Shown here piece by piece: positions 1-9,494 of a stretch of 30,613 bases of DNA. The position numbers were made by a program, and so were the translations under genes. Origin of the DNA: Gemmataceae bacterium (GTDB lineage: Bacteria; Planctomycetota; Planctomycetia; Gemmatales; Gemmataceae); assembly GCA_017853285.1 (NCBI GenBank), contig JAFMJU010000001.1, forward strand, positions 1-30,613, given 5' to 3'. The notes below the pieces were generated by a model. It was given only the letters and a program-made list of their open reading frames with translations. It made no database searches and was not told the origin of the DNA. The stretch's first letter is position 1. Each line of letters begins with the position of its first letter.

Positions 1-23
1 GCATGGAGGAGGCGGCAGCCTGA
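1..23 (+). CDS. 3' end of an upstream gene (…MEEAAA*), product unknown, possibly the ABC ATP-binding partner
   Basis: Codons atg gag gag gcg gca gcc tga at 3-23 end 7 nt before the permease ATG. Identity is inferred only from context. Confidence 0.3.
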
Positions 24-30
24 CGCACCC

Positions 31-1446
31 ATGGAAAAAATACTCGTGATCGCGGGGCGCGAATTCCGCGCCGCAGTCCTGAACAAGGCGTTTCTGGTAA
101 GTCTGATCCTCATGCCGGTTCTGATCCTGATCAGTTCCAACGCCTCCAGCATCGCACAAGGCTGGAAAAGCCAGAAAGCACGGTCCATCGCCATCATCGA
201 CAGGACTCCAGGCATTGGGGTCGAGGCCGTTCCGACCCTCCGCCTCCTGCGCGAAAGGGAATTGGGCCAGGGTGCCCCTGCGGAGAAAAGCCGTTCCGAC
301 ACCACTGAAAATGGGGGCTTACCCGGCGGCCAGTTGGCGCTGCTTGAATTCGAGTCGATCACCCCACCAGCCGACCCGGCTGAAGCCCTGAAATTGCGCT
401 ACGACCTGGGCCGCAGGGTCGCTGCGGGTGAACTGGCCGCCTTTTTCGATATCGGCCCCGCCGCCCTGGAGACCAACCCCCAGCCAACCGGTGAGGCTTC
501 GGTCACCTACTACACCGACAAGGCGCTGGATCGTGACATCCTGCTGGGCGTTGGGGTCAAATTGATGACCATCGTTCAACTCCAGAGGACCGCCACCCAA
601 AACCCTCTCCTTTTGATGCGCAAGGAACGCAGATATTCCCCGGCGGAAATCGTCGGGCTGGTCGAGGCCGCTGGAAAAACGGCCAGCAAGGGCCTCATCC
701 AGCGCGACCTGCCCACCCTTTCCGAATCGGGGGCTGTCCTGGAGGGCAAGGAGGTCCAATCAGGATTGAGACCGCTCGTCCCCATCTTCGCCGCGATCTT
801 TTTGTTCATGATCGTGCTGATAGGCGCCCAACCCCAGTTGCAGGGTGTGATCGAGGAGAAAATGAACCGCATCGGGGAGGTGCTGCTGGGTAGCGCCACT
901 TCTTTCCAATTGCTCTGCGGAAAGCTCCTTGGCATGACCGGTACCGGGCTCGTCCTATCCATGGTCTATGTGGGCGGCGGCCTGATGGCGGCCCGACATT
1001 GGAACTTGGCGGGAGACCTGCGGTGGGATTTGCCCGCCTGGTTTTTTCTCTTCCAGGGGCTGGCCCTTCTCCTGTTCGGCTCGCTGTTTATCGCGGTTGG
1101 CAGCGCCTGCTCGGATATGAAGCAGGCGCAAACCCTGCTGATGCCGGTCAGCATCTCACTTTCCATCCCCCTCATGTTCCTGTTGCCGGTCATGGAGGAT
1201 CCGACCGGGTCCCTCGCCCGATCCCTTTCTTTCATCCCGTTGGCGACGCCGACAGTCATGCTTTGCCGTTTGGCGGCCGCTCCAAACCTTCCATTGTGGG
1301 AACCAGTCCTCGGCGCGTTCCTGGTTCTGGTGACCACGGTTGGCGCCATTTGGGTCGCCGGGCGGATCTTCCGGATCGGCTTCCTGACCACAGGCAAGGC
1401 CCCCAGCCTGATGGAACTCTACCGCTGGATCTTTAGCCGTTCCTGA
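31..1446 (+). CDS. ABC-2 type transporter permease (NatB/YhaP-like)
   Basis: N-terminal TM after 'IAGREFRAAV', large extracytoplasmic domain, 'VIEEKMNRIGEVLLGS' motif, C-terminal TM bundle with 'SFIPLATPTVMLCR' and 'AGRIFRIGFL'. Confidence 0.88.
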   Translation: MEKILVIAGREFRAAVLNKAFLVSLILMPVLILISSNASSIAQGWKSQKARSIAIIDRTPGIGVEAVPTLRLLRERELGQGAPAEKSRSDTTENGGLPGGQLALLEFESITPPADPAEALKLRYDLGRRVAAGELAAFFDIGPAALETNPQPTGEASVTYYTDKALDRDILLGVGVKLMTIVQLQRTATQNPLLLMRKERRYSPAEIVGLVEAAGKTASKGLIQRDLPTLSESGAVLEGKEVQSGLRPLVPIFAAIFLFMIVLIGAQPQLQGVIEEKMNRIGEVLLGSATSFQLLCGKLLGMTGTGLVLSMVYVGGGLMAARHWNLAGDLRWDLPAWFFLFQGLALLLFGSLFIAVGSACSDMKQAQTLLMPVSISLSIPLMFLLPVMEDPTGSLARSLSFIPLATPTVMLCRLAAAPNLPLWEPVLGAFLVLVTTVGAIWVAGRIFRIGFLTTGKAPSLMELYRWIFSRS

Positions 1447-1624
1447 AGGTTTCCAAACCCGCCAACCGCCCAATCACACCCCCCTTCTCCATGGGGCCAC
1501 CCAACCCGCACTTCCGTAACCAACCGATTGTTTTGGCGTTTCTTTTTCGGCGTTCCGCACTGGCATACGGTTTTTCTGTCTTCCCGCAACCGATGACCAC
1601 CGATGCACCCCCAGGAGCGCACCG

Positions 1625-1921
1625 GTGGATCTGCTGAACTTCGAAGACGAGCAACGCCTTTTGTTGGCCGCTCCTGGCTTGGGCGACTTGCTGGCCAACT
1701 ACCTCCCCAAGGAGGAATCCCAATGGAGTCGGCGGTGGGATTCCGAGGCCATTTCCAGCCGCGAATTGCGCCGAATGCACGCGCTGGCTGTGGGTGCCGG
1801 TTGGCTGGAGATCAGCGCCGGCAACCCCGATGCTCCCGAGGACCTGCGCCAAACCGCCCGTTATCGCCTGACACGGGCCGGTAAAACGGTTTTGCAGGCG
1901 GTTTCCCAAACCCAGGAATGA
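1625..1921 (+). CDS. small hypothetical protein, possible winged-helix fold
   Basis: GTG start with AGGAG Shine-Dalgarno at 1613-1617; 98 aa; C-terminal 'RYRLTRAGK' resembles a wHTH wing. Confidence 0.7.
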   Translation: MDLLNFEDEQRLLLAAPGLGDLLANYLPKEESQWSRRWDSEAISSRELRRMHALAVGAGWLEISAGNPDAPEDLRQTARYRLTRAGKTVLQAVSQTQE

Positions 1922-1927
1922 TCCGCG

Positions 1928-3115
1928 TCAGGGGCCCTCACCCTGACCACCCAAAAGCCCCTTTCGGGCCTGGCGCAGACTGAATCCCTGGGACTTTCTC
2001 CAAGGAAATCCGAGCCAACCCGGACCATATTCAATAACAGCGGTATCCAACTGCCGGTGCTGGATCATGTCGTAAATAGTCTGATCCACCTTCACTGAAT
2101 CGACATGCTTGCCTGCCACCAGCGCGTCCAGTGTGGCGTAGTACTTGATACCGCCTTTGCCTTGGGTCTTGTGGAAACCCTGCACGGGCAGGCTGATTGT
2201 TTCGGTGGCCTTTTCATCCAGCCAACCGTTCAGGCTGAAATAAACCGGGTAGGCCCCCACCGCGAGCAAAACGGTGATCATTCCCGACCACATCGACAAG
2301 GACAGGTGCCTGGCTGGCGAGTTGCGAAAAAAGAACCAGGCTGGGAATAAAAACAAAAGGAGCCCAAGAACTGTCCACGGAGCGGCGTGAAACCAATTCC
2401 CGGCCAGGGGCGGGTATTCTTGTGTCACCAGGTAAAATCCCAAGGCGTTTGAAGCGGCCAATAACCCCAACCACAACCAGCACCACCCCAGCCCCAACAA
2501 CCGCCGGAACATCCAATCGGGCAGCGGCCCCGCCTCCAAACCCACCCCCGCATCCGCCAAATTTTCCAACAGGGTTGCCGCCTCCCCCACAACTTGAATG
2601 TCTCGTTCCCCTGCTGGCACATAACCCACCCATTCGGCCCTGACTTCTGATTTCTCAGGCAACCAGGTAACCTTGCCAAATCCCAGGCCCAGCAACTGAG
2701 AAACCGCCCCCCGGGCCCCCGCCTTGGCCAGAAGGTCCGTGGCAAATCCCTCTCGCCCGGCCTCCACATAAATTCGATCATCAAAGTCTGGGTCCCCGGT
2801 GGCAACCGTCCGCGCAAGACCCAGTCGAAGTCCCAGCCGATCCTTCCAGTCCCTCAATCGAATTTTCATCTGGCAGGGTAACTGGGCCGGTACGGCCACG
2901 GCCAATTCGGGAGGCTTGGTATGTTTGCCCTGCCGATGCTCCGGCGTGAAAAGGAATCGTGGCCCATCCTGGTCGGAGGTGCAAGGATGCCATTTGGCCG
3001 AGGGAAGCCCCAGGAACTGGGAAGCAGCTTCCGGCCTCGGCCTCCGGACTTTTCGCCAGACAAACGACACCAAAAAGATCACGCCCATCATTGCCAGACC
3101 GATGACAGCACTCAT
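1928..3115 (-). CDS. hypothetical multi-pass membrane protein
   Basis: ATG at 3115 (MSAVIGLAMM…) preferred over TTG at 3172. N-terminal TM, soluble domain ('TGDPDFDDRIYVEA'), 3-4 further TMs and a C-terminal beta-rich domain. Confidence 0.7.
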   Translation of the reverse strand: MSAVIGLAMMGVIFLVSFVWRKVRRPRPEAASQFLGLPSAKWHPCTSDQDGPRFLFTPEHRQGKHTKPPELAVAVPAQLPCQMKIRLRDWKDRLGLRLGLARTVATGDPDFDDRIYVEAGREGFATDLLAKAGARGAVSQLLGLGFGKVTWLPEKSEVRAEWVGYVPAGERDIQVVGEAATLLENLADAGVGLEAGPLPDWMFRRLLGLGWCWLWLGLLAASNALGFYLVTQEYPPLAGNWFHAAPWTVLGLLLFLFPAWFFFRNSPARHLSLSMWSGMITVLLAVGAYPVYFSLNGWLDEKATETISLPVQGFHKTQGKGGIKYYATLDALVAGKHVDSVKVDQTIYDMIQHRQLDTAVIEYGPGWLGFPWRKSQGFSLRQARKGLLGGQGEGP

Positions 3116-3152
3116 GCCCGCATCGAACCCCCGATTCCTGGCCTGAGACCGT

Positions 3153-3527
3153 TTATTCGCCGGTGCCCCCAACGGGTTCCTTCAGCGGATTTTTCGCCAG
3201 CGTCCACTCCCCTACGGGCCTGCCCTCCACCAGATGCTCGCGCACCAACCTCGGTATACGGTCCGCGGTCGCTTCTCCGTACCAGGTCCCCTCCGGGTAG
3301 ACCAGCGCCACAGGCCCCTGCTGGCACAACCGCAAACAACCCACCCGGGTGCGGAAACAGACCGTTTCCCCTTGCCCCAGTCCGTTGCGGGCAATTTCGG
3401 CTTTCAGGGTCTCCCAGGCTTTTTGGCCCTCGTTCTCATCACAGCATTTGGGGCCGGCACACAATAGGATATGGCGCCCGATGCGGCCCACTCCCAGCTT
3501 CTCGAGGACTTCACGCGATTCAGCCAC
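3153..3527 (-). CDS. thioredoxin-like [2Fe-2S] ferredoxin
   Basis: 'HILLCAGPKCC' and 'TRVGCLRLCQQGPVALVYPEGTWYG…IPRLVREHLVEGRPV' match the TRX-like Fd family. Confidence 0.92.
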   Translation of the reverse strand: MAESREVLEKLGVGRIGRHILLCAGPKCCDENEGQKAWETLKAEIARNGLGQGETVCFRTRVGCLRLCQQGPVALVYPEGTWYGEATADRIPRLVREHLVEGRPVGEWTLAKNPLKEPVGGTGE

Positions 3528-3540
3528 GGGCCCACCCTCC

Positions 3541-6500
3541 TTAAGCTTTGCCTGCCCGACCTTCCATCCAGGCGAGACTCCTGCGCGTCAACTCGCCGAT
3601 GGCCAGCACGCTGGCTGTCGCAGCGCCGATCCACAGCCATTCCCAACCCAGTGGCTGCGTGTTGAAAATCACCCCGCCCAGATTGACGATCAAAACCTGC
3701 CCCAGCACGATCGCCAAAACGATGGTGATAAACCAGGGATTGCCCGACACCCCACGCAACCCGCTCACTCGTGGATTCAGCGACCGGCAATTGAAAAGAT
3801 TCCACACCTGGAAAAGCACATAAGCCGTGAAGAAGAGGGTCGCTTGCCGTACCGTGAACCGGACCTTCACCGCCTCGCCCCCTTCACCCACTGTCCATCC
3901 TCCAGAATCCGACCGCGCCAGATCTGCCACCTCCACGGGGAAGACCTTGCCGGCCGATTCGGCCATCCAGGCGCCCTCACCCGCCAGCCAGCCGGGATTG
4001 GCCGGGTCGCCCCGCATCACCAGCAGCAAACCGGTCAGCGTGACCACATAAAACAAGGCGGTTGAAAGAATGCTGAATGCCATCCCCCGGGTGATGATGG
4101 ACTCATCCCGCCGTTTAGGTTTTTGCCGCATTAGCCCCGGCTCCGGCCGCTCGCTACACAGGGCGATCGCCGCGAAGGTGTCCATGATCACATTGATCCA
4201 AAGCAGTTGCAGCACCGTGAACGGAGGGCGGATACCGTACAGCGGCCCCAGGAACGCGATCACCAGCGCGCTGAGGTTGATCGTCAACTGGAACTGGATG
4301 AAACGCTGGATGCTCTCATACAGGGCCCTGCCCCAATGCACCGCCTTGACAATCGTGGAAAAGGCATCGTCCAGCAGGACGATCTTGCTCGCCTCCTTGG
4401 CCACCTCTGTCCCGGCTATCCCCATCGACAGTCCCACATCGGCGCGCTTCAACGCCGGGGCGTCGTTGGTCCCGTCCCCGGTGACCGCCACCACCTCGCC
4501 GCTGGATTGCAGCAAACGCACCAATCGCAACTTGTCCAGGGGTTGGGCGCGCGCCAGCACCGCCACCCGCGGAAGCAGTTCCCTGGCCTGCTCATCCGAC
4601 AAGGCGTTGAATTCGCGGCTGGTCCACAGAAGGGCGTCTTCCCGTTGGATCAGCCCGATCTCCCGGGCGATCGCGCGGGCCGTTTCCGGATTGTCGCCGG
4701 TCACCATCTTCACGCCGATACCCGCCTCGGCGCAACGCGCCACCGCCTCGGGCACATCGTCCCGCACCGGATCCTGGATGGCCATGAATCCGAGGAAAAC
4801 CAACCCACTTTCCAATTCTTCCTGTCGCGAATACAGGGTGTCGAGATCGGTCGGGTTTTTGGGATCATCGTCCCGCACGAAACGGCACCCGTACGCGATG
4901 GTCCGCATCGCCTCGGCGGCCTGGGAAACGATCCTGCTTCGCCAGGTTTCACGGACGGCGTCCGCCATGGGCACCACGCCGCCTCCCGCCTCCATCACAC
5001 GGTCACACAGGTCGAGGACAATTTCCCCGGCACCCTTCACCAGCACCACCAGTTCGACCGAGGCAGGCCCCGGCTTGCGGATGACCGTGGCCATCCGCTT
5101 CCGCTCACTGGTGAAATGCCACTGCAGCAGTGGCGGATGGGCGTCGCGGACGGACTTGTAGTCAGCCCCCTGTTCCTCAAGCCAGCGCAGCAATGCCCCC
5201 TCGGTTCCCGAACCCACCAGCACCTGCTTGCCCTCCTTCAGCTCCAGGTGCGCGGTCGAATTCACGGCGGCGTTCAGGGCAAGCCAGTCCAGTGGCTGCC
5301 GGGGCCCGGTTGATCCGTCGAGGAGCGTTGCACGGGATACGGCCTTCCAGCCGGTTTTGCCGATCTCCAGGTCAAACCCTTCCCCCATCACACCCACCAC
5401 GGTCATGCGGTTGCGGGTTAGCGTCCCGGTTTTGTCCGAACAGATCACGGTGGCTGAGCCGATGGTCTCGCAGGCGACCATTTGCCGGACCAGGCTGTTG
5501 GCCCGGGTCATTTTCCGCATGGCAAGGGCCAAAGACACGGTCACGCTCATGGGCAGCCCCTCGGGCACGGCCACCACCACGATGATCACCGAATAGACCA
5601 ATGCCGACAACAGGGCTCCCAGAAAGGGCAGGAGACCACCGGACAACTCCCCGTCGGCCCAGGCCCGCCCCATCACCACCAGGAAAATCGCCAAGGCCGC
5701 CGCATAACCGGCCATGCTGATCAGGTCCGCCAATCCCTTCAGCTTCAGTTGAAGGGGGGTCTCGCGCCGGGAAAGAGCCAGTTTTTCCCGGATTCGGTCG
5801 GCCGTGGCGACCGCCGACTCATCCTCCGCCTCCACCGCGCCGGAAAGGCTGCGGGCGATCTCGCCGACCATTGTCGCGTCGCCCACTGCTGCCACTCTCA
5901 GGTTTCCTGTGCCCCGCGCCACCTGGGTTCCCCGGAATGCGCACCCGGAATGGTCCGGACCCGAGCCGGTCTCATCCGAACGGCAGATCGTCTTGCGGAC
6001 CGGTTCCGATTCGCCGGTCAGTAGTGACTGATCCAGTGACAATTCCACAGCCGTCACCAACCGTCCGTCCGCAGGGACCTCGTCACCGGTTTCCAGATGG
6101 ACAAGGTCTCCCACCACCACCTCCTCAAGGTTGATGGTCCGGAATTGGTTGTCCCGCGTCACCTTCACCCGGATGGCGTCCCGGGTGGTGTTCAAGGCCT
6201 CGAATTCACGGTCGGACTGATATTCGCTGGCGAAGGAAACCACCGTGGCAAGCAGGACCGCCAACATCACGGCCAATCCCTCGTAGGAGGGATGCCCCCC
6301 CACAACCGACAGGGCGAAAAGGCCCAAGGCCGCCAACAACATCAGCGAAGGAACCCAGCGCCTCAAATCCGCCCTTAAAAGACCTGGAACCAGTGCGGCA
6401 GTCACCAGGGCAAGCCCCCAAAGCCCTTGGGCCACACCACCCTTGAACAGGTCCACCACCGTGGATAGGAGCGCGGCGGCCAGCAGGATTCCGATGATCG

Positions 6501-6666
6501 GCTCGTCGAATTTCTCCAGAAATCGCTGCCAAAGGGGCTCGCGTTCGGGAGGCGTGAGCCGGTTCGCCCCCAAGGCCGCGCGGCTTTCCAGGACCTGATC
6601 CGAGCCCAGGCCACCGTCCGTGGCGAGTTGACGGAAATGGTCGTGGATCTGCCTGAGGGTCTTCAT
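3541..6666 (-). CDS. Ca2+-translocating P-type ATPase, PMCA-like (type IIB)
   Basis: LTGES, VAVPEGLP, CSDKTGTLT (phospho-Asp), KGAGE, MVTGDN, VTGDGTNDAPALK. M5 'QFQLTIN' and M6 'LLWINVIMDTFAAIAL' are PMCA-like. ATG at 6666 preferred. Confidence 0.93.
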   Translation of the reverse strand: MKTLRQIHDHFRQLATDGGLGSDQVLESRAALGANRLTPPEREPLWQRFLEKFDEPIIGILLAAALLSTVVDLFKGGVAQGLWGLALVTAALVPGLLRADLRRWVPSLMLLAALGLFALSVVGGHPSYEGLAVMLAVLLATVVSFASEYQSDREFEALNTTRDAIRVKVTRDNQFRTINLEEVVVGDLVHLETGDEVPADGRLVTAVELSLDQSLLTGESEPVRKTICRSDETGSGPDHSGCAFRGTQVARGTGNLRVAAVGDATMVGEIARSLSGAVEAEDESAVATADRIREKLALSRRETPLQLKLKGLADLISMAGYAAALAIFLVVMGRAWADGELSGGLLPFLGALLSALVYSVIIVVVAVPEGLPMSVTVSLALAMRKMTRANSLVRQMVACETIGSATVICSDKTGTLTRNRMTVVGVMGEGFDLEIGKTGWKAVSRATLLDGSTGPRQPLDWLALNAAVNSTAHLELKEGKQVLVGSGTEGALLRWLEEQGADYKSVRDAHPPLLQWHFTSERKRMATVIRKPGPASVELVVLVKGAGEIVLDLCDRVMEAGGGVVPMADAVRETWRSRIVSQAAEAMRTIAYGCRFVRDDDPKNPTDLDTLYSRQEELESGLVFLGFMAIQDPVRDDVPEAVARCAEAGIGVKMVTGDNPETARAIAREIGLIQREDALLWTSREFNALSDEQARELLPRVAVLARAQPLDKLRLVRLLQSSGEVVAVTGDGTNDAPALKRADVGLSMGIAGTEVAKEASKIVLLDDAFSTIVKAVHWGRALYESIQRFIQFQLTINLSALVIAFLGPLYGIRPPFTVLQLLWINVIMDTFAAIALCSERPEPGLMRQKPKRRDESIITRGMAFSILSTALFYVVTLTGLLLVMRGDPANPGWLAGEGAWMAESAGKVFPVEVADLARSDSGGWTVGEGGEAVKVRFTVRQATLFFTAYVLFQVWNLFNCRSLNPRVSGLRGVSGNPWFITIVLAIVLGQVLIVNLGGVIFNTQPLGWEWLWIGAATASVLAIGELTRRSLAWMEGRAGKA

Positions 6667-6764
6667 CGTTGGCTTCCCGGCCGGCCAAAGGGCCAGCCCT
6701 TTCAAGGCAAAAGCGCCGCGGGTGCCCGCGGCGCTTGGATCAATTCAGACAAGGCGAATCCGAA

Positions 6765-7334
6765 TCAATTCTCCTGGATCTCCTTGCCCTTCTTGTCGGC
6801 GAGGTCGCTGACGCGGTCCTCGAATTTCTTCAGCAGACCCTGCATCTCGTCCTTGGCCTTGGACTGCTCATCCTCGGTCAGGTGGCCATCCTTTTGGGCG
6901 GTGTCGATATGCTTGTTCCCGTCGCGGCGGATGTTCCGGCAGGAAACCTTGGTCTCCTCGGCGGACTTCTTCACCCGGGCAACCAGCTTGTTGCGCTGGT
7001 CGCCGCTCATGGGAGGCACATTCAGGCGGATCACCTTGCCGTCATTGGCCGGGGCGAGCCCCAGGTCGGAAGCGCGGATGGCCTTTTCGATATCCTTCAA
7101 GGTGCCGGCATCAAACGGCTTGATCACCAGTTGCTGGGGTTCTGGCACCGAAATCTGGGCCATGTCGCGCAGCTTCATCTCGCTGGCGCCCCCGTAGGCC
7201 TCCACCCGGAGATTGTCAACCAGGGCGGGAGTCGCCCGACCGGTGCGCAATCCCTTCAGTTCGTTCACAAAAACGCCCACCGCCTTTTCCATGCGGTCCT
7301 CGGCGTCCTTCAAGATGGCTTTCGCGTTCTGCAT
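6765..7334 (-). CDS. frr: ribosome recycling factor
   Basis: 'LRTGRATPALVDNLRVEAYG', 'LGLAPANDGKVIRLNVPP', 'CRNIRRD'; directly downstream of pyrH; ATG at 7334. Confidence 0.98.
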   Translation of the reverse strand: MQNAKAILKDAEDRMEKAVGVFVNELKGLRTGRATPALVDNLRVEAYGGASEMKLRDMAQISVPEPQQLVIKPFDAGTLKDIEKAIRASDLGLAPANDGKVIRLNVPPMSGDQRNKLVARVKKSAEETKVSCRNIRRDGNKHIDTAQKDGHLTEDEQSKAKDEMQGLLKKFEDRVSDLADKKGKEIQEN

Positions 7335-7380
7335 GGCACCACTCCCGTCACTTCTCCAAACCAACAAAATAGAAAACCTG

Positions 7381-8151
7381 TCAAGCTTTCGCTGAAATCA
7401 GCGTGCCAACCGGCTGCCCAAGGGCCGCCTTTTGGATGTTGCCTTCACGGCGGTAATTGAACACCCGGATCGGCACATTGCTTTCCCGGCACATGCTCAC
7501 CGCGCTGGCATCCATCACCTTGAGGTTGTCGCGCAGCACCTGATCGTAGGACAGCCGGTCGTAAAACACGGCGTGCGGGTTCTTGACCGGATCATCGCTG
7601 TAGACACCGTCGACCTTGGTGGCCTTCAGCAGGATATCCACCCCCAGTTCACACGAACGCAGGGCGGCGGCCGTGTCTGTTGTCACGAACGGGTTGCCGG
7701 TGCCGGCGGCAAGGATCACGATGCGCCCCTTTTCCAGGTGCCGCACGGCGCGGCGGCGGATGAAAGGTTCGGCCACGCTTTCCATTCGGATCGCGGTCTG
7801 CAAGCGGGTCTCGCAGCCCAGGCTTTCCAGGGCCTCCTGCAGGGCCAGGCCGTTGATCACGGTGGCCAGCATGCCCATATGGTGGGCGGTCGCCTTTTTG
7901 ATGACGGTGGTACCGCTGGAGAATTGGGCCCCGCGCAAAATATTGCCCCCACCCACCACCACGGCGGGCTGAACCCCCAGTTCCACGAGAGACTTGATCT
8001 CAGCGGCGGCTTTCAGGACTTCTTCAATATTGATGCCGGACTGGCCGGGAAGCGTGAGAACCTCGCCACTCAGCTTCAGCAACACCCGCCTCGGGGCGGA
8101 TTGACAACCGTCAGAAACCAAACCCGTCGCCATCGAGCCATCCGCATCCAT
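7381..8151 (-). CDS. pyrH: UMP kinase
   Basis: 'RVLLKLSGE', '[11 protein letters not shown]', '[13 protein letters not shown]', '[16 protein letters not shown]', '[13 protein letters not shown]'. Start uncertain (8151 or 8133). Confidence 0.97.
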   Translation of the reverse strand: MDADGSMATGLVSDGCQSAPRRVLLKLSGEVLTLPGQSGINIEEVLKAAAEIKSLVELGVQPAVVVGGGNILRGAQFSSGTTVIKKATAHHMGMLATVINGLALQEALESLGCETRLQTAIRMESVAEPFIRRRAVRHLEKGRIVILAAGTGNPFVTTDTAAALRSCELGVDILLKATKVDGVYSDDPVKNPHAVFYDRLSYDQVLRDNLKVMDASAVSMCRESNVPIRVFNYRREGNIQKAALGQPVGTLISAKA

Positions 8152-8212
8152 GCCGTACCCCTCTTTCAACCGAAAATTCTAGGGCTTTTCAGGCCAATCG
8201 ACCAGCCCATGC

Positions 8213-9364
8213 TCACAGGCTGGGCCTGGATACCTTTTGCCTGCCCCGGGCCGCGACCGGCCAGACCCCCACCGGCTCGCCTTTATCGAATACCCAAGCC
8301 TGGTCATGCCAGGCCACCGTGGGGCAGATATGCCAGGGCCAAGCCAGCGTGGTCCGCCCCACGGGCCATTCGGCGGCCCGCGGGGTTCGCAGCACCAGGT
8401 GCTCTTCGTTGTGGCCGATGATTTCCGCGTCCTCCAGGCCCTCCACTCGGGCCCTTTTGGCCATCGGCGGGTCGCTGGCAATCGCCTTGGTGCCGCAATC
8501 GAATGTCACCACATCGGCCTGCGGCCTGCTGATCACACGGGTAAAAACCGCCGCGGCCGCCCCGAAATGGGCGGACAAGTCCGGGTAACGGGCATATCCG
8601 GCGTCGAACAGAACCACGGTTCCGGGGGAAAGCTCCAGATTTTCCACCGTTTGCAAGCTTTCACAATGGGCTGGAAATGCCGGCGAACCGCTAACCACCA
8701 AGGGCGTGCCTGTTGGCCATCCAGCCTGGCGGGCAATTTCACGGGCGGAAATGGCCTCTTCCAGCACACCTCGGGCCAGGCGGCGACGGTCCTCCAAACT
8801 ATCCATGCTCAGGTGGCCGTCGTAGGCATGGATTCCAGCGGGCTCCAGCGGTCCGGGTTTGGCCAAGGCCTCGATCAATTCCCGCCGAAGCGAGGATTGC
8901 CCCACCCCGGTTCGGTGCTGGCCGACATCCAGGTCCACCATCGCGCCCAATCTGCATCCCTGCTCCCCGGCGGCGCGTTGAAGCCCTTCCAATATTTCCC
9001 AACCGTCCACCAGGGCGCTGAACCGTGTATTCGGGTACGCCTTGGCCAAAAAAGCCAGCCTCAGCGGAGCCGGCCCAACCAAAGGGTAAGAGACCAGCAC
9101 ATCCGAAGCCTGCTCCTGGGCAAGCATCTCCGCCTCCACCAGTGTGGCAGCCTTGTGCTTGGTCACCCCCAGGGCCATCCATAGCCGTGAAATCTCGCGA
9201 GTCTTGTGGGTTTTCACATGGGGCCGCAAGCATTCGGCGCGCCCGCCCACCATCCGCAAAACCGCCCCCAGGTTCCCCTCGATCCGCTCCAGGAAGAAGA
9301 CCAGGGCTGGACTGACCAAGGCATCCAACCCGGCCAAGGCTGGACTGGGTTCCGCGAAAGTCAT
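8213..9364 (-). CDS. D-threonine aldolase/D-serine dehydratase family PLP enzyme (alanine-racemase-like barrel)
   Basis: 'LRPHVKTHKT' (PLP lysine), 'HAYDGH', 'ELSPGT', 'DCGTKAI', 'NEEH', 'PWHICPTV'. Confidence 0.9.
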   Translation of the reverse strand: MTFAEPSPALAGLDALVSPALVFFLERIEGNLGAVLRMVGGRAECLRPHVKTHKTREISRLWMALGVTKHKAATLVEAEMLAQEQASDVLVSYPLVGPAPLRLAFLAKAYPNTRFSALVDGWEILEGLQRAAGEQGCRLGAMVDLDVGQHRTGVGQSSLRRELIEALAKPGPLEPAGIHAYDGHLSMDSLEDRRRLARGVLEEAISAREIARQAGWPTGTPLVVSGSPAFPAHCESLQTVENLELSPGTVVLFDAGYARYPDLSAHFGAAAAVFTRVISRPQADVVTFDCGTKAIASDPPMAKRARVEGLEDAEIIGHNEEHLVLRTPRAAEWPVGRTTLAWPWHICPTVAWHDQAWVFDKGEPVGVWPVAARGRQKVSRPSL

Positions 9365-9494
9365 CAGATTTTCCTTGGCTGGAACGATCAGGGATGGACA
9401 ATGGGGTCAGGCTGTTTGACAAAACGGCAGAAACGCCCCCCCATCACTTTAATCCTACCCCACCCGACCCTACCAAAAAACCGGGAAGCACTGG

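Noticed and set aside
1455-1510. G-quadruplex-like G-tracts on the minus strand
   Set aside because: Long irregular loops; expected by chance given the GC content and skew.
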